A DNA stretch of 64,000 nt, from NCBI GenBank assembly GCA_973895155.1, contig OZ316892.1, positions 14,066,861 through 14,130,860 of the forward strand, written 5' to 3'. Shown in pieces: positions 12,861-26,400 of the stretch (position 1 is its first letter; every line of letters begins with the position of its first letter). A model generated the notes under the pieces. The model ran no database searches, was not told where the DNA came from, and was given only the letters and a program-made list of their open reading frames with translations. This DNA comes from Marsupella aquatica. Taxonomy: Eukaryota > Plantae > Marchantiophyta. Both the position numbers and the translations under genes were made by a program.

Positions 12861-14310
12861 TGCAGCCTACTTTTCACAAGCTAGGGTCTAGAGTGAAGCC
12901 TCTAGACCGTAACTCTATGGTCATCATGTGCATGGTCATCATATACATGCGAAAAACTTATGACATGACTATGATGTATATACATGCCAGTTTTATGTGA
13001 TAATTTTTAAATATTTACACTAAAAATATATAGGTAGTATGGCCCCACCACAACATATGTGCATAGAATATGGATGTGCATACCAAAAGCCTGTGCACAT
13101 CAAGGAGAATGATATATTATATATGATTATTAAAATGATGGGGTTTTTTTTATCATTTCATTAATCTTCAAAGAATATGAATCGAAAATATATTTTGATA
13201 ATTCTTTTATTGTCCTCTCCGCTATTCACGGTCAAAGAACGGGTAATCGAGGCTAGTCTAGTCTACTACTGTAAGCTAAAAACCTAAGCGAAGGATGGAA
13301 TTGTTTCGAAAGGACTTTGGATCACACAAACCCTTTTTTTCCTCACTTTCGGAGAGGAGCGCGAGTGGCGACTTCACTCTGTTCGTGAGAGAATTTTCTC
13401 TCCTTTTGGGGTCAAGTATGTATGTTAGCCGTTCGATTCTCCTAGGCTTAAGGAGAACCGTCAGATTGGTGACTAGCTACACCTCAGCCCTAGCAAGCCC
13501 ACTCTGCCAGTATCCTCTCTTGTAGCGGAGGTCTTCTTGGTTCACCTATGGAGGTAGTTGCAATGTCTGTTATTCACAAGTGGAGTCTAAATGTCAAAAT
13601 TGTCTATTACCAACAAAATTATGACCTATGGTGTCACTATAGAACCCTAAAAATGAATAATGCTACTTGATGCAGCCTACTTTTCACAAGCTAGGGTCTA
13701 GAGTGAAGCCTCTAGACTGTAACTCTATGGTCATCATGTGCATGGTCATCATGTACATGGGAAAAATTTATGACATGACTATGATGTATATACATGCAGT
13801 TTTATGTGATAATTTTTAAATATTTACATTAAAAAAATATAGGTAATATGGCCCCACCACAACATATGTGCAAAGAACATGGATGTGCATACAAAAAGCC
13901 TGTGCACATGAAGGAGAATGATATATTATATATGACTATTAAAATGATGAATTTTTTTTATCATTTCATTAATCTTCAAAGAATATGAATCAAAAATATA
14001 TTTTGATAATTTTTTTATTGTCCTCTCCGCTATTCATGTTCAAAGAACGGGTAATTGGGGCTAGTGATTATTAAAATGATGGATTTTTTTATCATTCTAT
14101 TTACATTCAAAGAATATGAATAGAGAATATATTTTGATGACATTTTTATTGTTCTTTCCGTTATTCACGTTCAAAGAACGGGTAGTTGGGGCTAGTATAG
14201 GATAATGACGGTCTAGTCAAGGGTTACTAGCCTGTAACCCCATCTTACTTATAAAGAGCCAAATCCAAGCTAGAGTGAAGCCTCTAGACCTTAACTCTAT
14301 GGCTCATCAT
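12861..14310. repeat. ~395-bp direct repeat (12861-13257 and 13671-14065) plus partial further copies (14066-14196, 14270-14310); probable non-autonomous TE family
   Basis: Near-identical blocks begin TGCAGCCTACTTTTCACAAGCTAGGGTCTAGAGTGAAGCCTCTAGAC and end GGGTAAT.G.GGCTAGT. Confidence 0.85.
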
Positions 14311-15155
14311 GTGTCAAATATATATGTCAAACTCCTAAAAAGCAAAAGGCTCCTAACTGGGCAACATGATCTCTTGGACAAAAGTCTCATTCAAAGGGGA
14401 CCAACCAAATGGCAAGTGCCAAGCACGGGTATAGGGCTCGTTTAATTAATACTAAGATGCCAACTCCGTCCACCCGTCCACCCGTCCACGGCTTGTAAAG
14501 GCCCCCTTAGTTGAAACACAGGAAGCTCAGCTGTAGCTTAATAATAACAATACGATACGATGCCAAAGAGGGTGATCGAAGCCACAACGGAGACTCCGAT
14601 CGAGACGCGAGTGCGTGCCCGTGTGCCCGTGTGCCCGTGTGTGCCTTCTTCACCGAGAACGCTTTTGTTCCACAGAACTTCTGGAGCTCCGCAACTCTAG
14701 AAAGGTAGACCTCGAGCGAGCGAGCGAGCCCAAGCGCAGGCGGCAAGTTATTGCGGAAAGGACCTTGAGAGCAGCGCGAGCGTCAAATTCTGGTCGATCG
14801 CAAAGCAGGCGGTGGTGTAGCAACGAGCGAACCAACGAAACAAGCGGACATGAAGGGAATTGAGAAGAAGAAGAGAGGGCGAGAGAGAGCGAGACGGAGG
14901 TAGACGACGAGGAATAGCAGGGTGGCTCCTCCGCTCGGCACGGATTGGAGGTGAAGACGGGCAGCTGGAATTAATGAATCGGCTGCTGATTGTTGGCTTG
15001 GTTGCCGGCAGTGTGGAAGCAGGAGAAGTGAAGCAAAAGCATAGATGACAGGAATGCAATGGAAGTCGTTTGACTGACGTAGAGGGGGGTCGTTCCTTGT
15101 TTGATGCATGACAGGAGTAGATGAGCGCAAATGTGGTGAATGTTCGTGAGACACA

Positions 15156-18100
15156 ATGTCTCGAGTGGAATCTCCCTTTCATGCCATTGCTGCAGAGGCA
15201 CTCGACGACAAAGACATTCCCGGCGTCCCCGTCCTGGACGAGGTTGAGGCCGATGGTTCTTCTGCTCCCGCCACAGCAACTACATTCGCCACAAGCTCAG
15301 TAGACGCCAAGGATGGCCAAGAAGAGGACTCTGCTGTGAGGCCGCAAGCATTGGAATCGAACACGGAAAACAGAGGGGACGGCGAACATTTTAGTGGAGA
15401 AAATGGAGGTCAATATCATAATGGTGTTGAAGAAAATGGTGGCAATGAGGCTTCGGGCAAGAACGGAGATCCGGAGCAGGAGGTAGAGGAGACGCCAGTA
15501 GCTCTGGAGCAGAAGGTTTCCTTTGAAGGTTAGTGATTCCGATTTAACTCTTTCTTTTCATTCTGTTGAACGACTATATCTTGCCTAGTTTTGACTTTGC
15601 TATCGGGAGGGACCTATATCCCCAGCTGAAGCTTAAGCTGATTTGCACTTTAGGGAGTGATGGAGTGGTGCCAAGCCCTTATATCTTCCGACTATGACAC
15701 TATCTCGTGAAGACTGTTGTGTGTGTCCCAAGTCGGTGAAGTGGTCTTAATATCATCGCGTTGTTGTATGAACTGCTGGAGACCGTGGAGAATGACCCCT
15801 TCCCTACCATTAAACGTTCAGTGTCCTGCCCCATACTATGTAGCCGTGAATTCTGCGGTCTGTCTCATTGTTTCGTGATTTTGGGTTGCCGGAATCGGAG
15901 CTGCACAATGTAAAACATGAGAACCAAAGATTTGGTTAGGGTTCTTGCAGTGAATGAGTATTATTAATTTTCTTTGGTAGGCGCTACTGGGATCTCACTC
16001 GTGGAATAGGCAGGGACTTTTCATGCTCCAAACAGGAACGTGTGATTATATATTCTCAACGGGATTTTAGGGTTTTGAGAAAGATTGGGTCTTACTTACT
16101 AAGCACTGTGGAATCTTGAACAATGCATTCCGGTTTCCTCTGGAAGATTCTCGTTTCATGTTTTCGGGAGGGTGGATGTGTGGTAATGATCTCGGCAGGT
16201 GGTGGAGCAGAAGTGAGCGAAACAGTCACTAAGAAATCAAAGAAGCGAACCAATGTATGGACCAAAACGACATCTCGGAAGAGTGCGAAGAAAGTTAAGA
16301 ACAGTGGAGTACGGGGTCAGTCCGACGCTAAGGATGACAACGTGCTTTTGAAGCCCTATCATCAAGAGGATGACCCATCGTATCCAATTCTCCTCTCGAA
16401 AATCTACAAGGCGGAAAAGATTGAGCTGAGTGCGGATAGGCTCACCGCGAGTGGTAGTAAAGGTTATCGGATGGTGAGAGCAACTCGTGGGGTCGTTGAA
16501 GGAGCTTGGTACTTTGAGATTTGTGTGGAAAGGTTGGGAGATACAGGGCACACGCGGCTGGGTTGGAGCACAAGGAGAGGTGACATTCAGGCACCAGTAG
16601 GATATGATGCTCACAGCTATTCTTATAGGGATTTAGATGGCTGCAAAGTTCACGGAGCACTACGGGAGGACCATGGAGAGGCGTACCATGAAAAGGACGT
16701 GATTGGCTTCTATATAAATCTTCCTCGTGAGCCAGGCTTTGTGCGGAAGCCGGAGGAGGAAGTCGTTGGGTATAAGGGACAACCGTATATTGTTGTCGCG
16801 GATGAGCCCCTCAAACCGTTGCCAGGTATGGTATTGTCCCTTCCCCCCAGTTATAGTCGAAGTCAGTCGCTGAAGCCAGTCTGGCTGGTGTCGATGTCGA
16901 AGAAGTTGAAGACAGTTCGAGTGTTGTTCTCTGAAAGTGTAGTCTTTGTTGTGATTTGTGCCGCGAATTTCAGTAGGACTTCGTCTTGATTCGTCTCGAG
17001 AAATCCTGTTGCAATGGCGATACCGTCTTATCTTTCTGCTTATAGACTGATGTTCCAAAGGAAGTAACGTCGTTTACTTTCTTGTCCTCTGTTATATGTT
17101 CTGCTCTGCCCTCATTCCTTCTGGTCTGGTCAAAGTCCAAACGGCTGAATGGAGAAAGGATTTATATACCAGTATTCTTGCAAGTCGGATAGATGTTTTG
17201 GAAACGAAGAATTGTAATTGGAAGCGTGCTTCAAATCGGGGGGTGCAATAAACCTTCGGGAGCTCATAGCACTTGATTGTGTTGAAATTTGGTGCGAAAT
17301 GTAGTAACAGTGGTGTGTGTGTGTGTGTGTGTGTGTGTTTTTTGGGGGGGGCGGGGACGGTGGTATAAAGTCATCATTGAGAAACTAGTTTACCTAGAGT
17401 TAGGGGCAGTCGATATTTACCCATCTGCATGCCCAAGGGCCGAAATTGAACCAGAGAAGGAGAGTTACTTTTGATTTGATTGCTGAAAATGGACTGCCAC
17501 TGAATCTCTATTTGGTATGGTTGTAGGAAGTGAAATACTCTTTTTCAAGAATGGAGTATGCCAAGGTTTGGCCTTCAAGGACATCAACGACGGCAGCTTC
17601 TTTCCTGCTGCATCCATGTATACCCATCCTTCTCAGGACTGTTGCAAATTAGTCTTTAATTTTGGTCCAGATTTCAGGTATCCTGTTAATGATCTTGGAG
17701 ATCGACCTCTTCCTTCACCCATGTGCCAGGCTCCTAGGCCTTCTGGAGAGGCGAGGGCAGAAACCTTTCTTACAAATCAGACGCAGGCAATCGTACAATT
17801 TACAGAGAATGGTGGGGATAAATGGACAGCACCTGAATTTGGCGATCCAATGGAAGTCGAAGAGGCTACAGAAGCTACAGAAAAGGAGAGCAAACCCAAG
17901 GACGTTGAAAAGGTACCACCAGAAGCTAAAAAGAAAATTAGAAAGTTCAAGGTCCCGGGTGGGAGCCATAAGCCGTCACCGTCGTCTAAAGGTCCCAAGG
18001 TAGGAAGGTTCCTAATTCACCCAGAATCCAAGAAGGATGCAAATCTCAAGTCATTTAAGAATGACATCGTCAGAGTGGGAGTGGAATCGATCGGTCTGCT

Positions 18101-18824
18101 AAGTCAGAAAGGGGACAAGAAAGATACAGCAAGAACAAGATTGCCAAATCCTAAGGAGACTCTGAAGAGCAAAGGATTGCTGGATCTTGAAGGGATTCCG
18201 AAGGAGACAAGATTGTCGATTCACAAAGAGATACAGAAAGGCAAAGGATTATTGAATCTTAAAGGGGTTCAGAAAGACAAAGGATCTCCAAGTCTTAAAG
18301 TTAGCAAGAAAGTTTCGATTGGAACAGGCACTGAAACAGTGTTACCTCTCAAAGCAATTAAGAAGAACCTTCCTGCGACAAGTTCAGAACTTGAAATGAG
18401 TAAGGAAGATTCACTTAAAGCGAGTAAGAAAGACTCACGTGGAACGGGGTTAGCATTCAAATCAAGTAAGGACTTACCGAGATTGGGATTGATTCACAAA
18501 CCGAGCAGGAAAGAGTTCTCTGGAACAGGATCAGCTCAAAAATCCAGCAAGAAAGACTTGCCTGGAGTAGGCTCAGCTTACAAACCGGGCAAGAAAGACT
18601 TACCTGGGGGTTCAGCTCACAAACCCAGCAAGAAAGATTTGTCCGGAACAGGATCATTTCACAAACCCAGTGAGTTCAACAAACCTGGATCTCTGCTTAG
18701 GGGTACGGGGCTATCAGCCTTTAGTGCGGGTAGAAGGTGGGGAGATATTCACGGGGCTCTGAATGTTGATGTTTTCGTTGTGAAAACCGCAACACCCACT
18801 CAAGTCGAAGGTCCTTTTGGGTAG
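15156..18824 (+). CDS. TRO: ASH2/TRAUCO-like COMPASS subunit (SPRY domain) with C-terminal extension; exons 15156-15528, 16199-16825, 17527-18824
   Basis: [100 protein letters not shown]. Both introns are phase 1 and consistent. The exact start codon and whether the tail is translated are less certain. Confidence 0.88.
17313..17338. repeat. (GT)n microsatellite in ASH2 intron 2
   Basis: About 13 GT units. Confidence 0.9.
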
Positions 18825-20033
18825 CCTTAATGGTACTTTAAGCCTGCAGAGTGTACAGTGTATTTTAAATCAAGATTAAATGCATATGGTTTGCATGATC
18901 CGATGAGATATAAGGTTTTCAGGGATGTCATCAGTTGCCCTTGGGTTAGAAATGTTGTGAAAGAGAGGAGCACATTACTGCTCCTTATCATGATGCTATG
19001 CGATTGCCAGCGTCTTCGAACAGAGGGCTCTAGGAGTGTCTTTCCGACTCTTTAGCAATTTCATGTCCTTTGGACTGTCATTTGACTGCAAACGAGTGCG
19101 AGGCAAATCGCTACCCCGACAACAGCTGCTGTCTTTTGATCACCAATTCAGAGTATCTGAAATTAAAGATCCAGGATTCCACATGTCACTTTGAGTTCCA
19201 CCTTTCTATCGGAAGGTTTTCGGGGATATCTGCAGTGAATTTGAGGCTTTTCGTTGGTCCGTGTTGAGATGTATGTTACGACTGCGCTCTATGGCATGCT
19301 TCTGTTTGGAGAATTGACGGTCTGCTGAAGGCGCTGACACAATCGACACCTTGTCTCATCACTTGGGATGGTGTATTTCTTTCCTCAATCAGCTTTTCTT
19401 TTGTGAACGTCGCCGATAACATCCATCTGTCCCCAACCAGAGGCTTCTCCATGTTACAACCCAGTTCAGGTTTCGATGTAACATTGCAGGCATGCTTTAG
19501 TAATCTTATGGAACACACAGATTATTAATTCTTCAAATTTAACCTTGCAAAATTTAACATTTCTGCATTATCCAATTTGCTGATCACTGCACTCATCACA
19601 ATTTTTTATGTGTTAGTTCATCGCTTGGAGGTTTACTGCACACACCTACTTTTGGTATATGGTCTTGTGACTATCCTTCAATTTGAGTCCCCAGGTTCAT
19701 ATATCAGGGTTGCTAGTACCTGTCTGAATGGAACTTGAGACTGCTATCCATGCTCCTCGGATGCAATTTTGGGCCTCAAACGGTCCTCTTACGAACTAGT
19801 GCTGAAACATTGAGAAGGAAACAAGAGAGGTCCCATTTCGTTGGTGGATCACTGGAGATCAGAGACCGCCCACACTGGTGCCTAAGAACGGTCTCCTAAG
19901 ATTTTGCAATCAATATTGAAGCAGACGCAAGGTTGCACTTCAAAAGCATCATTCTATGCTGATCAATCACCTGCTGAGCACTCACAAGATTTTGACGTGA
20001 TCCATCAACCATCAAATAGTCGGTACTTTCGCC

Positions 20034-20193
20034 AATATACCTTGAATCACACTTGCCCTTCAAAAGTACTCTCGTGAATATACCTTGAATCACACTTGCC
20101 CTTCAAAAGTACTCTAGCTAATATACCTTGAATCACACTTGCCCTTCAAGTGTGCTCTCGGGAACATTCTTGGATCACACCTGCCCTTCAAAA
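20034..20193. repeat. 43-bp minisatellite, about 3.7 units
   Basis: AATATACCTTGAATCACACTTGCCCTTCAAAAGTACTCT at 20034, 20077 and 20120, degenerate at 20163. Confidence 0.9.
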
Positions 20194-20675
20194 GCTACAG
20201 GTTACCCCTAGTTACTATTTAAAACTAGATTCTTTTTTTGGATAATAGATCCTTTCAAAAGCTACAGGTTATCAATAATTACCATTACATTTAGTTTGTT
20301 AAGTGATCAAATTGGGAGAAGAGAAAAGTGAAAGGTGGAAGACGTAGGAGGTCTTGAGCAGCTCCCTTTATGCCCAGTGGTGATTTAGAAGATTTGGCAA
20401 TCTCTATTTGTTTTTATTTACTCTATGCTCCTCACGTACGCTCCTCTGAAAGATCTATCTATGTTTTTTAAGAGTCCCTACGTATGCTGCTATAAAAGAT
20501 CTATCCATGTTTTTTTAAGAGTCCCATCATAAATCAGCACCTGCCACATACATGATATATTTGTGACATAAAATGATTTGTCTCTATCAGGGAGGCAACA
20601 GATTTTTGTATGTGTAAAGTGCTTTGGTCAATGATTATCAGTTCTTCCTAGGCAACTCGAGAGCGACATAAAAAT

Positions 20676-20914
20676 CATGGCTGTATCTGTTTAAGTTGTC
20701 AGTTATGAGCCAAGTCATTTTCATGATGCCTGTACAATTGCACAAATTTACTGTAGAATTTAATAGGGTGACTCAATTTATATTCAAAAACTAGACCCAA
20801 TAATATCCAATGTAGATCATGGCTGTATTTTTTAATATGTCAGTTATGAGCCAAGTCCTTTTAATGATGCTTGTAATATTGCACAATTTTTTAATTCAAT
20901 AGGGTGACTCAATC
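20676..20914. repeat. Diverged ~100-bp direct repeat
   Basis: TCATGGCTGTAT...GTCAGTTATGAGCCAAGTC...AATAGGGTGACTCAAT occurs twice. Confidence 0.75.
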
Positions 20915-22280
20915 GATGTTCGAAAAATAAACCCTATAACATCAAATGTTGTCCAAAATGCCCAGGTTTGACTTTGGCATTTTGGACAACACTTGATGTT
21001 ATGGGGGTTTATTTCGTGTGTACTCTCTTCACTTATCATTTACAAATTAGTTAGTGTACCAGTCTCTCCAACAAAATTTGATTACTACATTAACACTATC
21101 TACTACTTGACCATGTCTAGAATGTTTTCTGTCTCGTTGTACACTGGAGCCTCTCTTACTTTGTCCCGGTTGTACTCGACACCTTAGATACTATGGGTTT
21201 ATTTCTTGTGTACTCTCTTGACTTATCATTTACAAATAAGTTAGTGTACACCTTACTGATGTGCTTTAAGACTTGCCGTGAAACTAATACATCTTCTTTT
21301 TGTTACTCTTTAATTTTAAGAATAATAGATCCATTGTAAAATCAGTGTTTCAAAATTCTGACACCATTCTTAAATATAGGTATAAAATCTTAGTAATTAT
21401 TTACTTTTTGCACAAGTCAAGATGACACTGCAATAGGAATTGTTGTTGCCAGTGATTCTTTTAATTGGCTAAAGACTGCAAAAATCTTCCTTTCCCAGCT
21501 CCTGTTGAAACCTAAACATCTCAAACTGAAAATTATGCTCAAATGAATCTTGCATATGCTGTCATTGGTAATAGATCATGCTCTAGACAGAAACCCTCAG
21601 AGCACCTCAATTGTTTCTCAAAGTTCCTACATACACATTAATGTAGTTACTGAGCTTAATACCCCTCTTTGTAATTTTTGGTGTTTAACATAGAAGAATG
21701 CACACTAGATTTGGATGGAGGCTTTATGAAACGTCTCATCTACCTTTCAAAATAGTAAAACTAAAAGAAAAATCTATTAGGCCTTTGAGTGTATTAAGGC
21801 TTTGTCAACCCCGCTTTAGGACCCACAATGCTCTTAATGTTTGATTGTAACTAAGCTCTTGCCTTCCCATAATGGGTAGAGGGTGATGTGTATGCACTGG
21901 TCTATGGGGCCTCCACGCAAAAAACAGGTTAAAAGCATAGTGTGACTTTAGTGATCAAATCACAGGCTTGTTGATTGGCTCGAACTTGGCATGTCTTTGG
22001 TCAGCATGCGAGCAGTTGATTATGGTCATAATGACATATAGCTATGGGGGGGAGACCTTGTTTTAGAGAAAATACTGTATATTAGTTGTACGTAGAATAA
22101 ATATGGCATGAGAGAAGCAAAACCTTCATGGTAACTTGGTTTGCCATTCTCGATAGCAAAAAGTATTTTTATTTTCTTCCAAACAGTGGCCATTTAAAAT
22201 TTTAACACCCAAAAAATAATCTCAGTCTATTTTTCCTGATATTTGTTTTATACACCTTTTTATTTTGTTTCTACATCTTT

Positions 22281-22590
22281 TTATTAACCTGTCCCCCAAA
22301 TTACCCGATATTACTAACATGTCCCCCAAACAAAATAATTATCAACCTGTTTTCCATTTTGTACTTGGGTCTTTGCCACGTGGCAACTCACTATTGGCTA
22401 GCAGTCACCCACCGCCACCCTCTCGGGGCCCCTTCCCTTGCCCCGTTGAGTTTTCCTGGATATAAATTAGTGCCAAAAGTGTAGGATTTTTGTGAGGGGA
22501 GTGTGGGGCAACAAAATGGGAGCTTGTGATAATTGATTTTGTTTGGGGGCACATAAGTAATATCGGGTAATTTGGGGGACATGTTAGTAA
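22281..22590. mobile_element. MITE/foldback-like element with ~65-bp terminal inverted repeats
   Basis: Left TTATTAACCTGTCCCCCAAATTACCCGATATTACTAACATGTCCCCCAAACAAAATAATTATCA is a close reverse complement of 22525-22590. No coding capacity; TSD not resolved. Confidence 0.75.
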
Positions 22591-23477
22591 AAAATTGTTT
22601 GCTTTTATCTAGCCACACGTCTAGCCAAAACATGTCTTTGCTTAATTCTTACAAATAACATCTCTCGCTGGGGCATTTTGCCTCACATAAGAACATTCCA
22701 GTCCTAGTGTTGTCTCCTCATTTCCTGAAGTGCCAGCATATTTTCCAGTCAATCTTTTGTGGAAGGTTGAAAGTGAAGCCCGGATGAACCTTCATGTTGG
22801 ACACAGTGCTCCCATGGACCACATTTTGATGGTCCATGGGAGTTCTGGACTTACAACTTGATGATTATGAGTTTTAAGATAATTTTTAGTTTTTCATTTG
22901 CAAGGCAACTAGAGAACTAAGGAAGAGACTTGAAAAAGAACATGCCCTAATATGTCATATTAGCACAATGAAAATTATTCTAATGTAATTTACCCTTCCA
23001 CATTGAATGATTTAACTGAACCAAATGCCAAAAATTCACGGTCACTTTGGGGAAAGAGTTACCTACTCCTCTAGCACATCCTCAGAACATAAAAAAATAT
23101 TTGAATTTCTGAACATCAAGTTATTACAATTAAACACAATATTGGGAAATGTGTTGCATGGGGGTTTTCAAAAACAAACATTGTGGTCCATGGGAGCATC
23201 ATTTCCATGGAAAGTTACATTTTAGCATTGGGCCCCAAAACCTCATCATTAAATTATCTTCGATGCAAACCTAACTACCACCACGGGTACATGACAGCTC
23301 ACAAACGGCTGAAGGAACTTTAATCACAGGTCTAGTCCTTCATGGATATTTTAAATTGGGTCAGCTACAATTGAATGCAATTGGCACTTTGACCGGAAAA
23401 CTTAGAGTAGCGCAACAAAATAAAACACAGAAAAATCCTGAGCCCAAGTTGGACCTTAAAAAGAATTGATTATAAAG

Positions 23478-26400
23478 TTAGCCATTCAAAGTGTCCCAAT
23501 CATGTAACCAGTGCTGCGTGAGGCTATCACAGGGTTCACGTGGAACACCAAACGAATTGATAATCTTTCCTAGTTTCTCGACATCAATTGTGTAATCTGG
23601 TATTCCCCAGTATGGATCTTTGCATCCTGTGGTGTTTCCTCGTTTGGGATTTGGAATGGCCTCCCTGCAAGCAAATTCCAAGCAGAATCAGGCAAATTAG
23701 ACCTCTAAACCGAAATTAAAAATTGAAGTTACAGCAATTCATTGTCCCATGACCGTAGTGTTGGGAACTCTCAGGGCACTTATTACTGTTTTGTTGGGGA
23801 TATGTGCCAACTTCTTCCCGATAATTGTTACTCCCACAAATTCTAAGGGGAAAAAAGGGGCGTAGTTTGGACCATATGTACCTCCCTACTGAAAGACCTG
23901 ATTGTTGGATCCAACGGTATTCCTTATTAAATCTTATAAGATCTGATGGACCCAACCAATTATTCAAGGTCGGCCTCCAATTACGCATCTCCCCGGGTAG
24001 GAAGTAGCTTGCCAGCACAGCCAACATGACCCAACTCTAGAAAGAGAGCACACAGCCTAGGCTGGATTTTTCTGAGTATCGGGGGAGGGGCAGTTGGAAT
24101 CACCCTAATATTGCACTATTTGATGCTACTGTGAAATTAGAGGGTGTCCATGTGACCTTGGCAAGAAGAACATTCAGGGTCAACTGATAATGTTCCTAAC
24201 ACTATTTGGGGTGAACAGCGACTTTGCATTGGTTGCACCATGTAATAATATGGCTAGTTTACACCATGTTCACACCATTCACCCGTGTTTGCATCCTTTG
24301 AACATGTACATTTCAAGTGTTACATTTGCGTATTGTCAACGTTCTCTATACTTAGTGCTAGGCACAATAATTACATAGTAACGCCATTTGATTGCCAATA
24401 TTGTTTTGCAGTGAATAGTATAGTTTCTTTATGGACAACACTATTCTCAATGATTTGTCATCATTTGATTCTGACACTGTGTTCGAATCTCATGGTGATT
24501 TCAGTGAAGCCTCTGGGTCTTTTTAACACCCTTTATTACTTTTTCCAGATATGCAGATTTTTGGGGAGAATCAACATGTAGTTTTTTATATGAGGGGAGC
24601 GAAAGAGAATCAACATGTAGCTTGAATTTCAGCTCAAATGTGCTCACCTGAAAGGATTTGAGATGTCATGTTTCAACTTTGCAGCTGCAGCATTGACATG
24701 CATCCATGTGTGCATGACTCGCAAGTCTGTGTAATTATAAGAACTCCAATTGCAAGGACCAAAAATCTCCACAACTCCTAATGCAAAAAGAAATTAATGA
24801 GCCTAAAGTTAGTGAGCCTCATCTAACATAGTGATGGGGATTTAAAACCAAGTCGTATTTTAATTCCACATGTCACAGGTCTAGTGGCAAAAACAAAGTG
24901 TGCTTATTCTGTAAAGAAAGACAGCAAATCTACACCAATCTAAAGCCTCAATATCTAGTTAATCTTGAAAGTGCTTTAGGTCCAAGTGTCTCAAATTTCT
25001 AGTTTGTTTCTAGCACTTCTACCATCAAGACATTTTGCATGCTTTTGTCTTAAATGTTTCAAATTATTGCAGCTTTGCCTAGGCTCTTTCTTCCTTTCCT
25101 TCCATGCACCAGGCTCCCATGCCCCACCCAAAGGCAGATATAACCTGCACATACTATTGTAGAACCTTGGGCATGAGAGTTAAGATAAATAAACCTATTT
25201 ATATAGATTAAGTAGTTGTAGACCTCAATCAACAAAGATTTCACCCTGAGACTCAAGACTTTTGAGAAAGGTATATATGAAGGCAGGGAACAATTTCAGT
25301 GCAACGTTATTAAGAAGGCTACTCTGAAGTAGTGTACATTTTCTATGTTATGAACAATCTAGCTAGCCATGTTACGTAAAAGAAATTTGCATGCCAAACA
25401 GTGTATAGATGAGCCAAGCAGATATATCATAAATTTTACCTGCACCTTCAGGGAGCAAGAATGTTGCCCAAGTATTAGCTCCATGTGCAATCACTAGTAT
25501 ATCAGTTTGAGAGAATATTTTTATCAGTTCTGAAAACGTGTAATTGGTTTCTCCCATAGCCAGCATCTTATCAAGGACATTAACTTCAAAGGATGGCCTT
25601 GAAAAGTTTTGAAGGAAGTCAACAACTTCATTTTGATTGACTACTCTGCGACGAGATGTGTCATTTCGGCCATAGAAAAGTACTCGGAGCTTTTGCGGTG
25701 GTAATATCACCTGTATGAAAGTAGTTTCTTAGCATAATGCCTCACAAGAATAAAAACAAATGTCTAGACTACAAACAGTAGTCTTCTGCTGTCTTCCACT
25801 TCTATTAATCCAAGTTATTTCAACTAAAACTACCAAGTTGATGCCTTGCATAACATCATTCCTGAAAACAATTGCCACTGTCCAAGGTATGAATTTCAAA
25901 TCTTATTTAGGGATCACTTTCCAGGGGTACTGTTACTGGTATCTGAGTCAACATTGGTCTGTCAGATGGTTGATCCTTGGAGCTTACATGTCAAACTAGG
26001 TCATTTTCTACATGGTGAAGACTTTACACAGATATTGCTATGAGAGCATTCCAGATAATTTTGATGCATAAATCAACTACGAGCGCTGAGTTCTGCAAAA
26101 CAAAATCTTTCTCATCCTACTCAGCTCAGTCTGAAACCATGAGAATGTAATTGGAACCCAGATACATGCATGAAAGCCAAGAACACTGATCAACTATAGT
26201 GCTCATCACAAAATCTATACTGTCTCAAATGTTTGCTCAGATTTATGCATATCAAAGTTGTGCAAATAAGTATGAAGATGAGAAACTTATCAAACCTTTG
26301 GTTTTGGTATGCCAAAAAAAGAGAATGTTGCATCTCTATACTTTTCAACTGCAGGCCCAGCAATTTCAATCGGCAAGCGTGTCTCATCAATCCTCTCTCT

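Noticed and set aside
20034-20193. CRISPR-like array
   Set aside because: Contiguous 43-bp units with no unique spacers.
23716-24027. Extra GT61 exon or nested gene
   Set aside because: Phase is incompatible, and exon 24777-24648 already bridges the model in frame.
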